Assembly (NCBI GenBank): GCA_964016885.1
Contig: OZ024764.1
Coordinates: 10,850,001-10,914,000 of the forward strand
Source: Eledone cirrhosa
Lineage: Eukaryota
Reading direction: 5' to 3'
Length of the DNA: 64,000 nt
Shown here: positions 44,073 through 56,966 of the stretch, piece after piece
Numbering within the stretch: the stretch's first letter is position 1
Layout: every line of letters begins with the position of its first letter
The notes under the pieces: model-generated
Told to the model about the DNA's origin: nothing
The model's database searches: none
The model's input: only the letters and a program-made list of their open reading frames with translations
Translations under genes and position numbers: made by a program

Positions 44073-44075
<3 letters not shown>
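43826..44075 (+). mobile_element. RTE 3' UTR fragment with (TGA)n tail
   Basis: Matches 1193-1560 in reverse complement. Confidence 0.8.
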
Positions 44076-44109
<34 letters not shown>

Positions 44110-44113
<4 letters not shown>

Positions 44114-44453
44114 TTAGTGGTTAGAGCATCATTGGCCTTGCAATCGAAAGGTTGTGAGTTCAATTCTCAGACCGGGTGATGCGTTGTGTGCTTGAGCAAG
44201 ACACTTTATTTCACATTGCTCCAGTTTACTCAGCTGTAGAAATGAGATGATAGGGACTGGGGTCCCTATCATTCCACTGCAAAGTGGTTGTGGAGGTGCC
44301 ACGGCAAAAAAGCACCCAGCACTCACTGTAAATGAGGTTGGTGTTAGGAAGGGCATCCAGCTGTAGAAACCAAGCCAGAATCAGTTCCCGTCCCACCCTT
44401 GCAAGCAGGGAAAAAGCGGACGTAAAATGAAATGATGATGAAATGAATGATGA
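44110..44453 (+). mobile_element. tRNA-SINE
   Basis: Member of the 17919 family. Confidence 0.88.
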
Positions 44454-44513
44454 TATTCAAAGAGAACTCTAGTTCTAGTTTTGAATATGTCACTATCTGT
44501 AAGACAAATTTTG

Positions 44514-44574
44514 TATTTTATCTGATGAGTGCGTACCAAAATATTGGTACCCTTCAAATATATAGTATAGAATA
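44514..44574 (+). ncRNA. Inactivated hammerhead of the 38219 family
   Basis: tattttat-CTGATGA-gtgcgtaccaa-aata-ttggtacccttcAAA; GAAA is mutated to CAAA. Confidence 0.7.
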
Positions 44575-44708
44575 AATATGGTTTTATAAAGATAGTTTCC
44601 ATTTTTTAATATTAATGATATTATACTCCAGAAGAATATTGTAGAGTGCTTCTAATCTGTTGTAAACTAAATTTGTTGAATAACCAGAAAATTAAATAAC
44701 TCATTGCT

Positions 44709-44784
<76 letters not shown>

Positions 44785-44928
44785 TTATATATATATTGTA
44801 TATATATATATAATATATATATAAAATATATATTATATATATATATATATATATATTATATATTAATATATATATATTATATACATATATATATAATATA
44901 TATTATATATATATATATATAGATATAT

Positions 44929-44960
<32 letters not shown>

Positions 44961-44966
44961 ATAATT

Positions 44967-44998
<32 letters not shown>

Positions 44999-45100
44999 AT
45001 ATTATATATATATATATAATTTATATATATATATATAATATATATATAATTTATATATATATATATAATATATATAATATATATATATTATATATAATAT

Positions 45101-45145
<45 letters not shown>

Positions 45146-45263
45146 TATATATATATATATTATATATATAAATAATTTATATATATATATAATATATATC
45201 ATATATGTTATATATATTATATATATATATAATATATATATATATAATTTATATATATAATAT

Positions 45264-45316
45264 GAGCTTCCTGAAGATTTCATCTGAATGAAACAGTACT
45301 AGTCCTGTAGAAGCTC
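45264..45316 (+). ncRNA. Stand-alone hammerhead motif embedded in (TA)n
   Basis: gagcttc-CTGAAGA-t-TTC-atct-GAA-t-GAA-ACAG-tactagtc-CTGT-A-gaagctc; perfect 7-bp stem I and GUA site, cut after 45309. Confidence 0.78.
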
Positions 45317-45411
45317 CTTCTATAAAATATATATATATATCATATATATATATATATATATATATATAACATATATATATATATATATATATATAACATA
45401 TATATATATAT

Positions 45412-45454
<43 letters not shown>

Positions 45455-45470
45455 CATATATATATATAAC

Positions 45471-45518
<48 letters not shown>

Positions 45519-45578
45519 ACATATATATATATAACATATATATATATATAACATATATATATATATATATATATAAAT

Positions 45579-45616
<38 letters not shown>

Positions 45617-45851
45617 CGGGGTGGAGTGTTGGATGCAACAATAGGAAATTGTGACATCTACACCCCTGGGATGGAAACGATTATCATACACCACCGCCAC
45701 CATTACCATACTATATATATATATATATATATATATACACCCACCCATTGTATTTATAGGCATTTATTGTATATAAACACACCTGTGTCGTACAACGTAT
45801 AATAAACATACCGAAATATATGATACGTCTGTCTACATCTCTCTCTCTCTC

Positions 45852-45948
<97 letters not shown>

Positions 45949-45949
45949 G

Positions 45950-45988
<39 letters not shown>

Positions 45989-46126
45989 GTGTATATATAT
46001 GTGTATATATATGTATATATATATATGTGTGTGTATGTGTGTATGTATATGTATATATATGCATGTATATATATATATATATATATGTATGTATAAAAAT
46101 GTATATATTATATATATATATATATA

Positions 46127-46164
<38 letters not shown>

Positions 46165-46316
46165 TATATGTATGTATATATATATGTATATATACATACA
46201 TAAATATATATATATATATATATAACCCCAGGTGTGTTTATTTACATATTTCCCGGCTTTTTGAAGCAACTCTTTCGTTACTCCTTTCCGGTTAATACAC
46301 ACACACACACACACAC

Positions 46317-46457
<141 letters not shown>

Positions 46458-46510
46458 TACATATATATGCATATATATATATATATATATATACATATAT
46501 ATACATATAT

Positions 46511-46591
<81 letters not shown>

Positions 46592-46612
46592 TATAATTAT
46601 ACATATATATGC

Positions 46613-46652
<40 letters not shown>

Positions 46653-46830
46653 TAAATTGTTAAACAATATTCAATGATTACATCAAAGAATGAGTTTTAC
46701 AGTAGATTGGAAGCACTCAACGGTTAAATAATTTTCTGGAGTTATTAATATTAAAATATAAGTATTAATAAAATCACTACCTTGATTAAATCTTAACCAT
46801 TTAACATCTCAGGGTATGTCATGTATCTTT

Positions 46831-46887
46831 ATATTTTGTCTGATGAGGACGTACTGTTGTACCTCCGAAATATGTATAATAAAATGT
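46831..46887 (+). ncRNA. Minimal type I hammerhead ribozyme
   Basis: atattttgt-CTGATGA-GGA-c-GTAC-tgtt-GTAC-c-TCC-GAA-ATATGTAT-A-ataaaatgt; cut after 46878. Confidence 0.9.
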
Positions 46888-46919
46888 AATTGATCAAAAG
46901 AACATCTATTTTATTAATA

Positions 46920-47028
<109 letters not shown>

Positions 47029-47084
47029 AGGGAGAGAGAGAGAAATAGCTATATATATGCTCTTTTACTCTTTATAAATATATA

Positions 47085-47283
47085 GGAAAAGCGTCAAGAC
47101 CCCGACGGCAGAGCTCGAGCCGTTTTCGACTGCTATTTCTGGAGTCCAGAAATAGCGGTCGAAACGCCTTGAGCTCTGCTGTCGGGGTCTTGACTCTTTT
47201 ATTATTACCCACTCTACAACCCTAAGTATCGAGTACTCTGGTGCGTTATGGTCTACCTGGTTCCTTACCACATTTCCTTCGAT
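47085..47283 (+). mobile_element. Repeat copy with a ~50-bp-arm 5' palindrome
   Basis: gtcaagaccccgacggcagagctc...tttctgga-g-tccagaaa...gagctctgctgtcggggtcttgac; same family as 3860. Confidence 0.75.
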
Positions 47284-47529
47284 TTATATATATATATATG
47301 TGTGTGTAGGTGTGTGTGTGTGTGTGTGTGTGTGTATAGTTGATTTATCTGGGAATCATTGTTGTATATGCAACGGGCGGCAACATAATAGTACCACTGA
47401 TCTCACAGATGCGTGACGAAAGAATATGTATATATATATATTTTTATATCTGTGTTTTTAACCGTTGGTCAATCAATCATAAACATTGATTGACAGATAA
47501 ATTAACAACGTTATATATATATATATATA

Positions 47530-47597
<68 letters not shown>

Positions 47598-47772
47598 CGT
47601 GCGTGCGTGTATGTGTGTGTGTGTAGATTGATAGATAGGTAGATAAGTAGATAGTTTGATACATAAATCTATAGATTACACAAAACTGTAGGGATATGAA
47701 ATGAGCAATATTTGGCTGCTATTTCTAGCAGGTCTATTACAGAAGAGTTCTCCCTCGTTAACTCATACGCTG

Positions 47773-48990
47773 ACCACCACCTCCTCCACCACCAACACCA
47801 CCACCACCACCATCACCACCAACACTACCATCACCACTAACATCACCACTAACACCAAGACCACCAACACCACCACTAACCTCACCACTAACACCACCAT
47901 CACCACTAACATCACCACCACCACCACCACCACCACCACTAACATCACCACCACCAACAGCACTACTAACATCACCACCACCACCACCATCACCACCACC
48001 ATCACCACTAACACCACCATCACCACCACCACCAACACCACCATCACCACCACCACCACCACGAACACCACCAACACCACGAACACCACTAACACCACCA
48101 TCACCACCATCACCACCATCACCACCACCACCACTAACAACACCACCAACACCACCAACACCACCATCACCACCACCATCACCACCATCACCACCATCAC
48201 CACCACCACCACTAACATCACCACCAACACCACCATCACCACCACCATCACCACCAACACCACCATCACCACTAACATTACCACCACCAACACCACCACT
48301 AACATCAGCACCACCACCACCAACACCACCACCACCACCACCACCATCACCACCACCACCACCACCATCACCAACACCACCACCACCACCACCACTAACA
48401 TCACCACCAACACCACCACCACCACCACTAACACCACCACCACCACCACTAACACCACCATCACTACCACCACCAACACCACCATCACCACTAACATTAC
48501 CACCACCACCACCACCACCACCACTAACACCACCAACACCACCACTAACACCACCAACACCACCACTAACATCACCACCAACACCACCATCACCACCACC
48601 ATCACCACTAACATCACCACCACCAACACCACCACTAACATCACCACCAACACCACCATCACCACCACCATCACCACCACCATCACCACTAACACCACCA
48701 TCACTACCACCACCAACACCACCATCACCACTAACATTACCACCACCACCACCACCACCACCACCACTAACACCACCACCACCACCACTAACACCATCAC
48801 CACTACCACCACCACCACCACTAACACCATCACCACCATCACCACCACCATCACCACCACCACCATCACCACCATCACCACCACCATCACCACCATCACC
48901 AACACCACCAACACCACCACCAACAACATCACCACCATCACTACCACCACCACCACCACTAACACCACCACCACCACCACTAACACCATC
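47773..48990. repeat. (ACC/ATC/AAC)n trinucleotide tract
   Basis: Directly visible. Confidence 0.9.
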
Positions 48991-49269
48991 AGTTATCTCC
49001 ATAATTACCTCACTACCCCACCCGTTCCAACACCCCCTCCTCTCCTTCCTATCATCACACCCAGCTTCGACCTGCCACACTCACTACACCGTTCCCACCT
49101 CCAATCTATAGCTGTAATATATATATATATCTCCTTTAATAACGGTTATTAATGCTAGATCGCAAGTTAATTCTATACTATCATATCCCCCTTTAAAATG
49201 GCCTCCCTTCCCCGTGACCACCGCTACCACCACTGTCTGTCTGTCTGTCTATCTATCTTTCTCTATATA

Positions 49270-49344
<75 letters not shown>

Positions 49345-49417
49345 ATATATCTGTACGTATATATGTATGCATAAATACACACATATATATATATGATATA
49401 TAAATGTGTGTGCATAT

Positions 49418-49521
<104 letters not shown>

Positions 49522-49586
49522 TATATATATATATAAATATATATATAAATATATAAATATAAATATATATATATATAAATATATAA

Positions 49587-49652
<66 letters not shown>

Positions 49653-49727
49653 ATATATCTGTACGTATATATGTATGCATAAATACACACATATATATAT
49701 ATATGATATATAAATGTGTGTGCATAT

Positions 49728-49839
<112 letters not shown>

Positions 49840-49879
49840 CGATATTAACAAATGGAAACTATATTTATAAAACCATATT

Positions 49880-49944
49880 TATTTCATTATACATATTTCA
49901 AGGACACCAAGTTAAATTATGGTGTGCTTTCATCAGATAAAATA
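49880..49944 (-). ncRNA. Minimal type I hammerhead ribozyme
   Basis: tattttat-CTGATGA-AAG-c-ACACCA-taatttaact-TGGTGT-c-CTT-GAA-ATATGTAT-A-atgaaata. Confidence 0.88.
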
Positions 49945-50016
49945 TAATATAGAGCAGTTTTATAAATAAATATTGACATACCCTTAAAGAGTGCGACCAT
50001 TACTGTTGGAAGCTCC

Positions 50017-50073
<57 letters not shown>

Positions 50074-50244
50074 ATAAATTAACGGATCCATAGACTCGTT
50101 ATTCCCTGTCAGAAATGTGCTCAAAGGATTACCCTGCCTTCCATAGATTATAGACTCCATAGACTGGTGGTTTTCCCTGTTTTATTGATGGCACACGATC
50201 TCTCTTTAGTGTGTTACCTTTTCAACATATTGTATTATATATAT

Positions 50245-50495
50245 ATATTCTATTCTATTCTAAGGCGGGTAAAATTCCCGAGATCCATGGACGAGTTCTC
50301 TCCAGCGGTCTCTGTCCCTCATTATCGCTGCCATGTCCTGCGTCTCCAACAGACCAGTGTCTGTCCTTAGAGCATCAACATACGTTAACCTTGGTCTTCC
50401 TCTTCTAGTGTGTCCATGTAGGGGCTCCCACAGGAGCACTGAGTGCAATGTCAACTCTGGATGTCGGTGAGCATGTCCAGCTAACCTCAGTCTCC

Positions 50496-50500
<5 letters not shown>
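50245..50500 (-). mobile_element. RTE-clade LINE 3' end
   Basis: RRLRLAGHAHRHPE..VLLWEP..RRGRPRLTYVDALRTDTG..MRDRDRWR; (AGAAT)n tail. Confidence 0.85.
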
Positions 50501-50537
<37 letters not shown>

Positions 50538-51009
50538 ATATTAAAGAAAAATGGGAGTGACTTGATTCCGAGGTTGACTTTGCCTTTCATCCTTACGGGG
50601 TCGATAAAATAAAGTACCAGTAATGAACTGGGTATTTGCTGGCCTTGTGCCTAAAGTAGAAACACATATATATATGAAACAAACGAACGAGAGAGAAAAT
50701 GGTGGTCGGATCAAGAACTGGACACTAGTATTGTTTAATGGGAACAGTTCAGGGGACGATTCCAATCTAATCCAGCCCCCCACCCCCCACGCCCCTCTAC
50801 TCTTCATCTTCATCCCTCATTACTGTATTATGGTGTATTTTCTCTAATCACCGTTATTAAAGCTGTTCAAAATAATCCTATCTACGCTGTGATCCCTATT
50901 AAATCTTTAGCGCGTGCATCAACACAACAGCTCGTAGCGTCTTCAACACTTGGAAGACGCTGCATCACTTTCAAAGCATATTTGGAACTATAGAGACCGT
51001 CTGACTATA

Positions 51010-51494
51010 AATCTATCCATCTATCTGTTTGTCTATCGCTCTATCTATCTATGTATCTATCTATCTATCTAGCTATCTCTCTCTATCTATCTATGTATCT
51101 ATCTATCTATCTAGCTATCTCTCTCTATCTATCTATGTATCTATCTATCTATCTAGCTATCTATTTGTCTATCTATCTATCTCTCTATCTATCTATGTAT
51201 CTATCTATTGATCTAGCTATCTATTTGTCTATCTATCTATCTATCTCTCTATCTATCTATGTATCTATCTATTGATCTAGCTATCTATTTGTCTATCTAT
51301 CTATCTCTCTATCTATCTATGTATCTATCTATTGATCTAGCTATCTATTTGTCTATCTATCTATCTCTCTATCTATCTATGTATCTATCTATTGATCTAG
51401 CTATCTATTTGTCTATCTATCTATCTCTCTATCTATCTATGTATCTATCTATTGATCTAGCTATCTATTTGTCTATCTATCTATCTATCTATCT
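51010..51494. repeat. (CTAT/GATA)n-derived tract with a higher-order 60-bp unit
   Basis: 51241-51480 is four identical 60-mers. Confidence 0.93.
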
Positions 51495-51696
51495 TGATAG
51501 AGTAAGACACGCTTCGCATCGGCTCCGCTATTCCATCGGGATTTACCCTTACTATTGTAAGTACCGGATAAATTTTTTAGTGCAACACATTTGGAACACT
51601 AACCCCTGTTATTTAGGGAAACATTTTTGCATTTACCCCCTTTTTAGGGGGTAAAATAAATATCTATTTTTGCCGAAAAATTTCTTTCTTGGCAGC

Positions 51697-53532
51697 ATGG
51701 CGGAAAAGATGGCAGACATGTCTGCCATTAGCTCTGCCACGCCCCCCAAGTCTGAAGAACAAAAAATAATTACAACAAAATTAGACATTGAAACAAACAA
51801 ACAAAATGAAAAAACAAATGTTAAGGAAAATGAGCAAACAGAAAACAAACAAACAGAAAATAATACAAATAACGACAGGGCAACTTTCGCCCAGAAAACA
51901 AAGCAATCCATTACATACACACCAATTGACCTAACTGCCGCCAGAGAAAAACTGGCCGAAGCAAAGAAACATATTGTTTTGGGGGAAAACGGAATGTTTT
52001 CCATTAACTCCCCCCCAGAATTCAAGAAAGCCAGAGCAGAAAACACAGTTATATACAGAACTATACTAAACCAGTCAAGAAAGCCAGCACAGCCCAGCCA
52101 AATGGAAATAGAGTTAGTCCTAAAAGACTATATGAAGAATATTCTCTTCATACGAAAGGACCGACTCTATGGCAGCATTTCGGTCCTAACAAGAGACAAA
52201 GAAACGGCGGTTCAGCTTTCCCTAAGCCCACTCTCGTCGACAACATATAGCTTCTATCCCTCCTACATGGGTAGAAGAACACAGAGGGTAAAAGTAAAAA
52301 CAATGCTGCCCACAATGGACTTCTGGTGGGCTATTGCTGGCTTCATTGATATGGGCGAAGACACTATGCTGTCAATGGGGAAGGCAACTGGAGATGCGTT
52401 CCTGGGAATGGGCCTCGACATACTAGTCCAAATGAGGCCCGAAAGAATAGCACAAATCCCGGATCGCATCTGGCTGGATGACCTTACCCCAATAGACATA
52501 ATTGTAGAGGGGAGAAGACCAGCATGCTATTTATGCATGGAAAGGGGACACGTTAAGGCTAACTGCCCGAAACGTATCCCCCAAAAAGGACTATTGCCCA
52601 CACCCACCACAAACAGTACACCAGCACCACCCACCTCCAAAAATACACTAATACCACACACAGCAAACAAAATACAGACACCACCAACCACAAACACAAC
52701 ACAAACATCACCACCACCAGCACCAAACACAAGCACGACACAAAAATCACCACCACCAACCACAACACAAACATCACCACCACCATTACCAACCACAAGC
52801 ACGACACAAACATTACCACCACCACCACCACAAAACCCATTCCAAACAAATAATAAAAAAAACAGTAACAAATCTACCCCTCCCGCAAAAAAAAAACAAC
52901 CACACAACACGTCCCTCCCACCTAGCGCTGAAGAGTTTCCCCCAACTTCTGAAGAAGAAGGAGGAGAAGCCTTCAGACAAGTTAAAAGAAAAAAAAGAAA
53001 ACACACACCCAGCACACCACAAATAACCCACACACAAACACCAACTCCAATCAAAAACACCCCACCCTCAACAAACAAAAATAAATCTGCGCCTCCCCTC
53101 TCCGAAACATTGACAGCATCACAAAAAAAGACGTTGCAATACACATATATAAATAAAGAAAACAAAAAACTGGTTAAATTAATAAACAATAACCCTATGG
53201 TGCAGACCGAAGGGCCAAACTTTATCTCAACAGAGAACTTCACCCATTTAAAAATGATAAAGGTCCCTCTGGACCTTTATCGTTCCTTAAAAGAACAATT
53301 TAGACGGGACGTGAGCCCCCCCTGTTTAAAACCGTTGAATCGCGTCCTCTTGAAAGATTTCCCCATAACCGCCCCTCTCCCTGACACAACTCCAAATACC
53401 CCAACCCCACCACACACGTGTACCCCCACACCACCACAAAACATCCCTCCACCCAACACACCTGATGCCATGGAAATTACGCAACCCGGAGAGGTAAGTG
53501 CTTTTCTTTCTTCACTTTCAACACCAAAATAG
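51697..53532 (+). CDS. Tx1 ORF1, gag-like nucleic-acid-binding protein
   Basis: First ATG in agcATGg context; zinc knuckle CYLCMERGHVKANC; P/T-rich C-terminal half; basic FRQVKRKKRK motif. Confidence 0.88.
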   Translation: MAEKMADMSAISSATPPKSEEQKIITTKLDIETNKQNEKTNVKENEQTENKQTENNTNNDRATFAQKTKQSITYTPIDLTAAREKLAEAKKHIVLGENGMFSINSPPEFKKARAENTVIYRTILNQSRKPAQPSQMEIELVLKDYMKNILFIRKDRLYGSISVLTRDKETAVQLSLSPLSSTTYSFYPSYMGRRTQRVKVKTMLPTMDFWWAIAGFIDMGEDTMLSMGKATGDAFLGMGLDILVQMRPERIAQIPDRIWLDDLTPIDIIVEGRRPACYLCMERGHVKANCPKRIPQKGLLPTPTTNSTPAPPTSKNTLIPHTANKIQTPPTTNTTQTSPPPAPNTSTTQKSPPPTTTQTSPPPLPTTSTTQTLPPPPPQNPFQTNNKKNSNKSTPPAKKKQPHNTSLPPSAEEFPPTSEEEGGEAFRQVKRKKRKHTPSTPQITHTQTPTPIKNTPPSTNKNKSAPPLSETLTASQKKTLQYTYINKENKKLVKLINNNPMVQTEGPNFISTENFTHLKMIKVPLDLYRSLKEQFRRDVSPPCLKPLNRVLLKDFPITAPLPDTTPNTPTPPHTCTPTPPQNIPPPNTPDAMEITQPGEVSAFLSSLSTPK

Positions 53533-53537
53533 ATCAA

Positions 53538-56500
53538 TTGAGAGTTGGCTGTTTGAACGCGCGTGGCCTGAGCTCAGCTTGGAAGCAAGCAAAGCTTCTA
53601 AGTGACCTCAGGTCACAAAGTATAGATGTGATGGTTGTTTGCGAGAGTCGGATCAGCAGCGTGAGACAGCTGGCGCCCGCCTTCGATGACTTTGAGATGC
53701 ACGCATCTCTCTGTCAACCCGGAGGCGGGGGGGGAGTTGCCGTACTGCTGGATAAACGTCTGACTCTCGACGTACAGATTGTTCACTCGGACCCGGGGGG
53801 TCGATTACTGGTGCTGGACGTCGGAGGTGGTGAAGGCGGGGCTTTCAGACTGGTCGGTCTTTATGCTCCCTTCGGGGCGGAGAGAGCCGACTTCTTCCAA
53901 CGTCTGGAGACTTTTCTAGGAACGTCGCGTTCCCTGCTTTTAGTGGGGGACTGGAATGGAATCCTAGATGCGCGTTGGGACTATGCAGGGGCATGTCCCG
54001 ATAGAGGGGGGTGTAGCATCCTCAAGGGGTTACTCGATCGATTCGACCTGGTCGATAGATTTCGACTAGATTGTCCAACTGCGCCAACCTGGACCTGGGC
54101 AAACCGCAGTGGACAATCTAGATCGTACCTAGATAGGTTTTTGGTTAGGAGTAAGGATAGGGACGTATTTAGTTGTCCAGAACTGATCATGGTTGGCTAT
54201 TCAGATCACAAATTAGTGACCTGCGTGGTCAACCTTGATAGAACGCATAGACAGGGTCCCGGTTACTGGAAGATGAACTTGTCCTTACCGACAAAGAAAG
54301 ATTACAGAAACCGGATTAGTAGCTTAGTTAAGATGCGGTTGACGGGAGCGATCGTCAACAGTAGGTGGTGGATATCTCTAAAGAGAGAGATTAGAGTAAG
54401 TTCGATAGGTTACAGTAAGGAACTAGCGGCGAATAGAAATAGGAGGGAAAGGGAGTTAACAGATAAACTAGAAGAGGCGATTAGGAGCGGAGACGTAGCC
54501 AGAGTGTTAGCGACGAGAACGGCATTGAGCCAGTTCTTTGACGCGAAGCACGAAGGCTGCGTTGTCCGAAGTAAAATACGTGCTTTAGGAAACGAGGGGA
54601 CCAAAGCTGTTAGCTGGGCCCGCGTGACAGAAGCCAAGAGTGGGATTAAATCCACCATTCGGTCTTTGCGAGACCAGGATGGACGGGTGATCCTTGAACC
54701 TGAGCGAATGTGCGAGACCTTTCAAAGGCACTTTGCTCGACTGTTCGGAGGTGGCGGGGGGCCGGACGGGGATGTGGACTTCGGTCCATACCTCGACGGT
54801 CTACCGCGTCTTTCGAGCGGCGAAGCGGAGTGCTGCGAAGGGCCAATCACAGCCACTGAAATCGGGGAAGCGCTCAGCCAATGCAGCAGACGCAAATCCC
54901 CGGGTCTCGATGGTCTACCATACGAACTTTATTTAGCTATGCCGGTCTTGTTCTCCGAACTCCTCGAGGCTGTCTATTGCAACTGGCAACAGAACGGGAG
55001 AATTCCCTGTTCTGTGACCAAGGGCGTGGTCACGCTAGTGAGGAAGGACGAGAGCAAGGGGGACGACTTAAGTAACTTTAGGCCCATAACTCTGCTGAAT
55101 GCAGAGTTACAGATTTTGGCCAAGGTGTTGGCGAAGAGGTTGGCGCTTGTGGTGGGTGGTTTGGTGGGAGACGCGCAGACATGCGCTATCCCGTCCAGGT
55201 CCATTCACGACAACCTCCACCTCATGCGATACATCATAGAGAGGGTTGGCTACGAACCCGGCTTTGGTGGGGCCCTGATCAACTTGGATCAATCTAAGGC
55301 GTTCGATAGGGTCGACCATGGTTACCTGGATGCGGTGCTAGCGGCGGCGGGCTTCGGACCCGTTTTCAGGGGCTGGATTTCTGCCATGCACAGTGGCAAC
55401 ATCTACTCTAGGATTAAAGTAAACGGCTACCTCTCGGAGCCGTTTCAAATCACCCGATCCATCAGACAGGGGTGCCCCCTCTCCTCCCTTCTGTACGTAT
55501 TGACTCTCGAGCCACTGCTGCGGAAGTTGGAGTTGCTGCGGGGCATACCCCTGGAACCGGGATTGCACAAAGCGGTCTCGGCCTATGCCGACGACGTAAC
55601 AGTAATGGTGGCGGACGCCTCGGAAATCGGGGCGATCGCCACCCTACTGGAGGAATACGAAAGGCTGACGGGGGCTAAGCTGAACCAGGACAAGTCAGTC
55701 GGTTTGCAACTCGGAACGTGGAGGGGCAAACCGATGCCGTTAGACGGTGTCGTCGGGCGGTGGACGGAGGGCCCGGTGAAGCTGCTCGGGGTCTGGTTCG
55801 GACCGGACCTCCAGGTGGAGAAGAATTGGGGCGAGGTGACGAGCAGGGTGTTTGCGCTGACCCAGAAGTGGGCCAAGTGCAAACTATCACTGAAAGGTCG
55901 GGCGGAGGTGACGAACGCTTACATAGCGTCCGTCATCTACTACCGCCTGACCGTCGTGCCTTGCCCCAAGGAAAAGCTCACCATCATGGAACGCATGCTC
56001 TTCCAGTTCCTCTGGAAGAAGCGGCCTCCCATGGTGAGGAGATCCATCTGCTGCCAGCACCCTTCGAAAGGAGGGCTGGGTATGCCGTGGCTGTTGATGC
56101 GTAGGCACGCATTGAGGCTACGGCATCTACAGGTATTCCTCAACGGTCAGCCGGTGTGGGCCCCGTTTGTGAGGCGAGCCTTCCCACAGCTCGTCTCGCT
56201 CACCGAACTGCAATCCTGGGTGAAGCAAAGACCGAGAAAACTGGGCAACTGGCACACTGAGTGTGCCCAGGCGCTCACGGCTATCTGGCAAGCGGACCCG
56301 ACTGTCAGTGGAGAATCCACCTCGACATTCTATAGAGGGTTGGTGGCTAGCAGGGGCGACGACACCCTTGGAGAGTCGCTAGGCATGGAGGAGGACGAAC
56401 TGGCCAGCCTGTTCGGTAGAACTTTCGGCCCGGGACCCATGGACAACTTCCAGAGGTCCCTAGCCTGGCAGTGTTACCGGGGGGCTCTGCCCGTTCGAGA

Positions 56501-56966
56501 AAAGCTCTACAGACACGGGCGCCCGGGCAGGGATCCCGCGAAAAAGATCTGTCCCAGATGCGTGCGCGACGAGGAAACCGTTGCGCATGCACTGGTACAC
56601 TGCCCGGGCGTTGCCGATCTGTGGGGCTACGTCGAACGACTGCTGTCGCGTGTGGCGCCGATTCGATTAACCGCCGAGTCTGTGGTGAACATCAAGCCGC
56701 CTCCTCCCTTCAGAAATGAAGCAGAGGCGGTCTTTCTGTGCGTAATAGCCATGATGAAAGAGGTTGTGTGGTGGACGCGCCTGAAAGGTCTGAGGTCGGG
56801 TGACTTTCTCTCCGGCCATCACCTGGTTTACTTCTTCCGATACCACTTCGGAAGAAGAATCAGGATGGAGAGAGAAGTGCTTGGTCCCAGACAGTTTTAT
56901 GAAAGGTGGGTGAAAGAAGCGAGAATGGCCCGTGTAAATGGGCCTTCTCTCTACATTGTTCTGTAG
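53538..56966 (+). CDS. Tx1 ORF2: APE endonuclease + reverse transcriptase + C-terminal zinc finger
   Basis: LNARGL, LYAP, VGDWN, YLDRF and SDH (APE); KSPGLDGL, FRPITLLN, DQSKAFDRV, QGCPLS and YADD (RT); CPRC..ETVAHALVHC. The start codon is uncertain (TTG). Confidence 0.95.
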   Translation: MRVGCLNARGLSSAWKQAKLLSDLRSQSIDVMVVCESRISSVRQLAPAFDDFEMHASLCQPGGGGGVAVLLDKRLTLDVQIVHSDPGGRLLVLDVGGGEGGAFRLVGLYAPFGAERADFFQRLETFLGTSRSLLLVGDWNGILDARWDYAGACPDRGGCSILKGLLDRFDLVDRFRLDCPTAPTWTWANRSGQSRSYLDRFLVRSKDRDVFSCPELIMVGYSDHKLVTCVVNLDRTHRQGPGYWKMNLSLPTKKDYRNRISSLVKMRLTGAIVNSRWWISLKREIRVSSIGYSKELAANRNRRERELTDKLEEAIRSGDVARVLATRTALSQFFDAKHEGCVVRSKIRALGNEGTKAVSWARVTEAKSGIKSTIRSLRDQDGRVILEPERMCETFQRHFARLFGGGGGPDGDVDFGPYLDGLPRLSSGEAECCEGPITATEIGEALSQCSRRKSPGLDGLPYELYLAMPVLFSELLEAVYCNWQQNGRIPCSVTKGVVTLVRKDESKGDDLSNFRPITLLNAELQILAKVLAKRLALVVGGLVGDAQTCAIPSRSIHDNLHLMRYIIERVGYEPGFGGALINLDQSKAFDRVDHGYLDAVLAAAGFGPVFRGWISAMHSGNIYSRIKVNGYLSEPFQITRSIRQGCPLSSLLYVLTLEPLLRKLELLRGIPLEPGLHKAVSAYADDVTVMVADASEIGAIATLLEEYERLTGAKLNQDKSVGLQLGTWRGKPMPLDGVVGRWTEGPVKLLGVWFGPDLQVEKNWGEVTSRVFALTQKWAKCKLSLKGRAEVTNAYIASVIYYRLTVVPCPKEKLTIMERMLFQFLWKKRPPMVRRSICCQHPSKGGLGMPWLLMRRHALRLRHLQVFLNGQPVWAPFVRRAFPQLVSLTELQSWVKQRPRKLGNWHTECAQALTAIWQADPTVSGESTSTFYRGLVASRGDDTLGESLGMEEDELASLFGRTFGPGPMDNFQRSLAWQCYRGALPVREKLYRHGRPGRDPAKKICPRCVRDEETVAHALVHCPGVADLWGYVERLLSRVAPIRLTAESVVNIKPPPPFRNEAEAVFLCVIAMMKEVVWWTRLKGLRSGDFLSGHHLVYFFRYHFGRRIRMEREVLGPRQFYERWVKEARMARVNGPSLYIVL

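Noticed and set aside
47701-49152. 483-aa Thr-rich ORF with a signal-peptide-like start (mucin-like)
   Set aside because: The N-terminus derives from a short interspersed repeat (tttggctgctatttc, also at 26278). The body is almost purely ACC-based trinucleotide repeat, also open on the opposite strand, and similar tracts occur at 32495 and 59300.
53494-53532. Mini-intron fusing Tx1 ORF1 to ORF2
   Set aside because: Removing 39 nt keeps the ORF1 frame and gives GAG ATC AAT TGA (stop); it is also very short for an intron.
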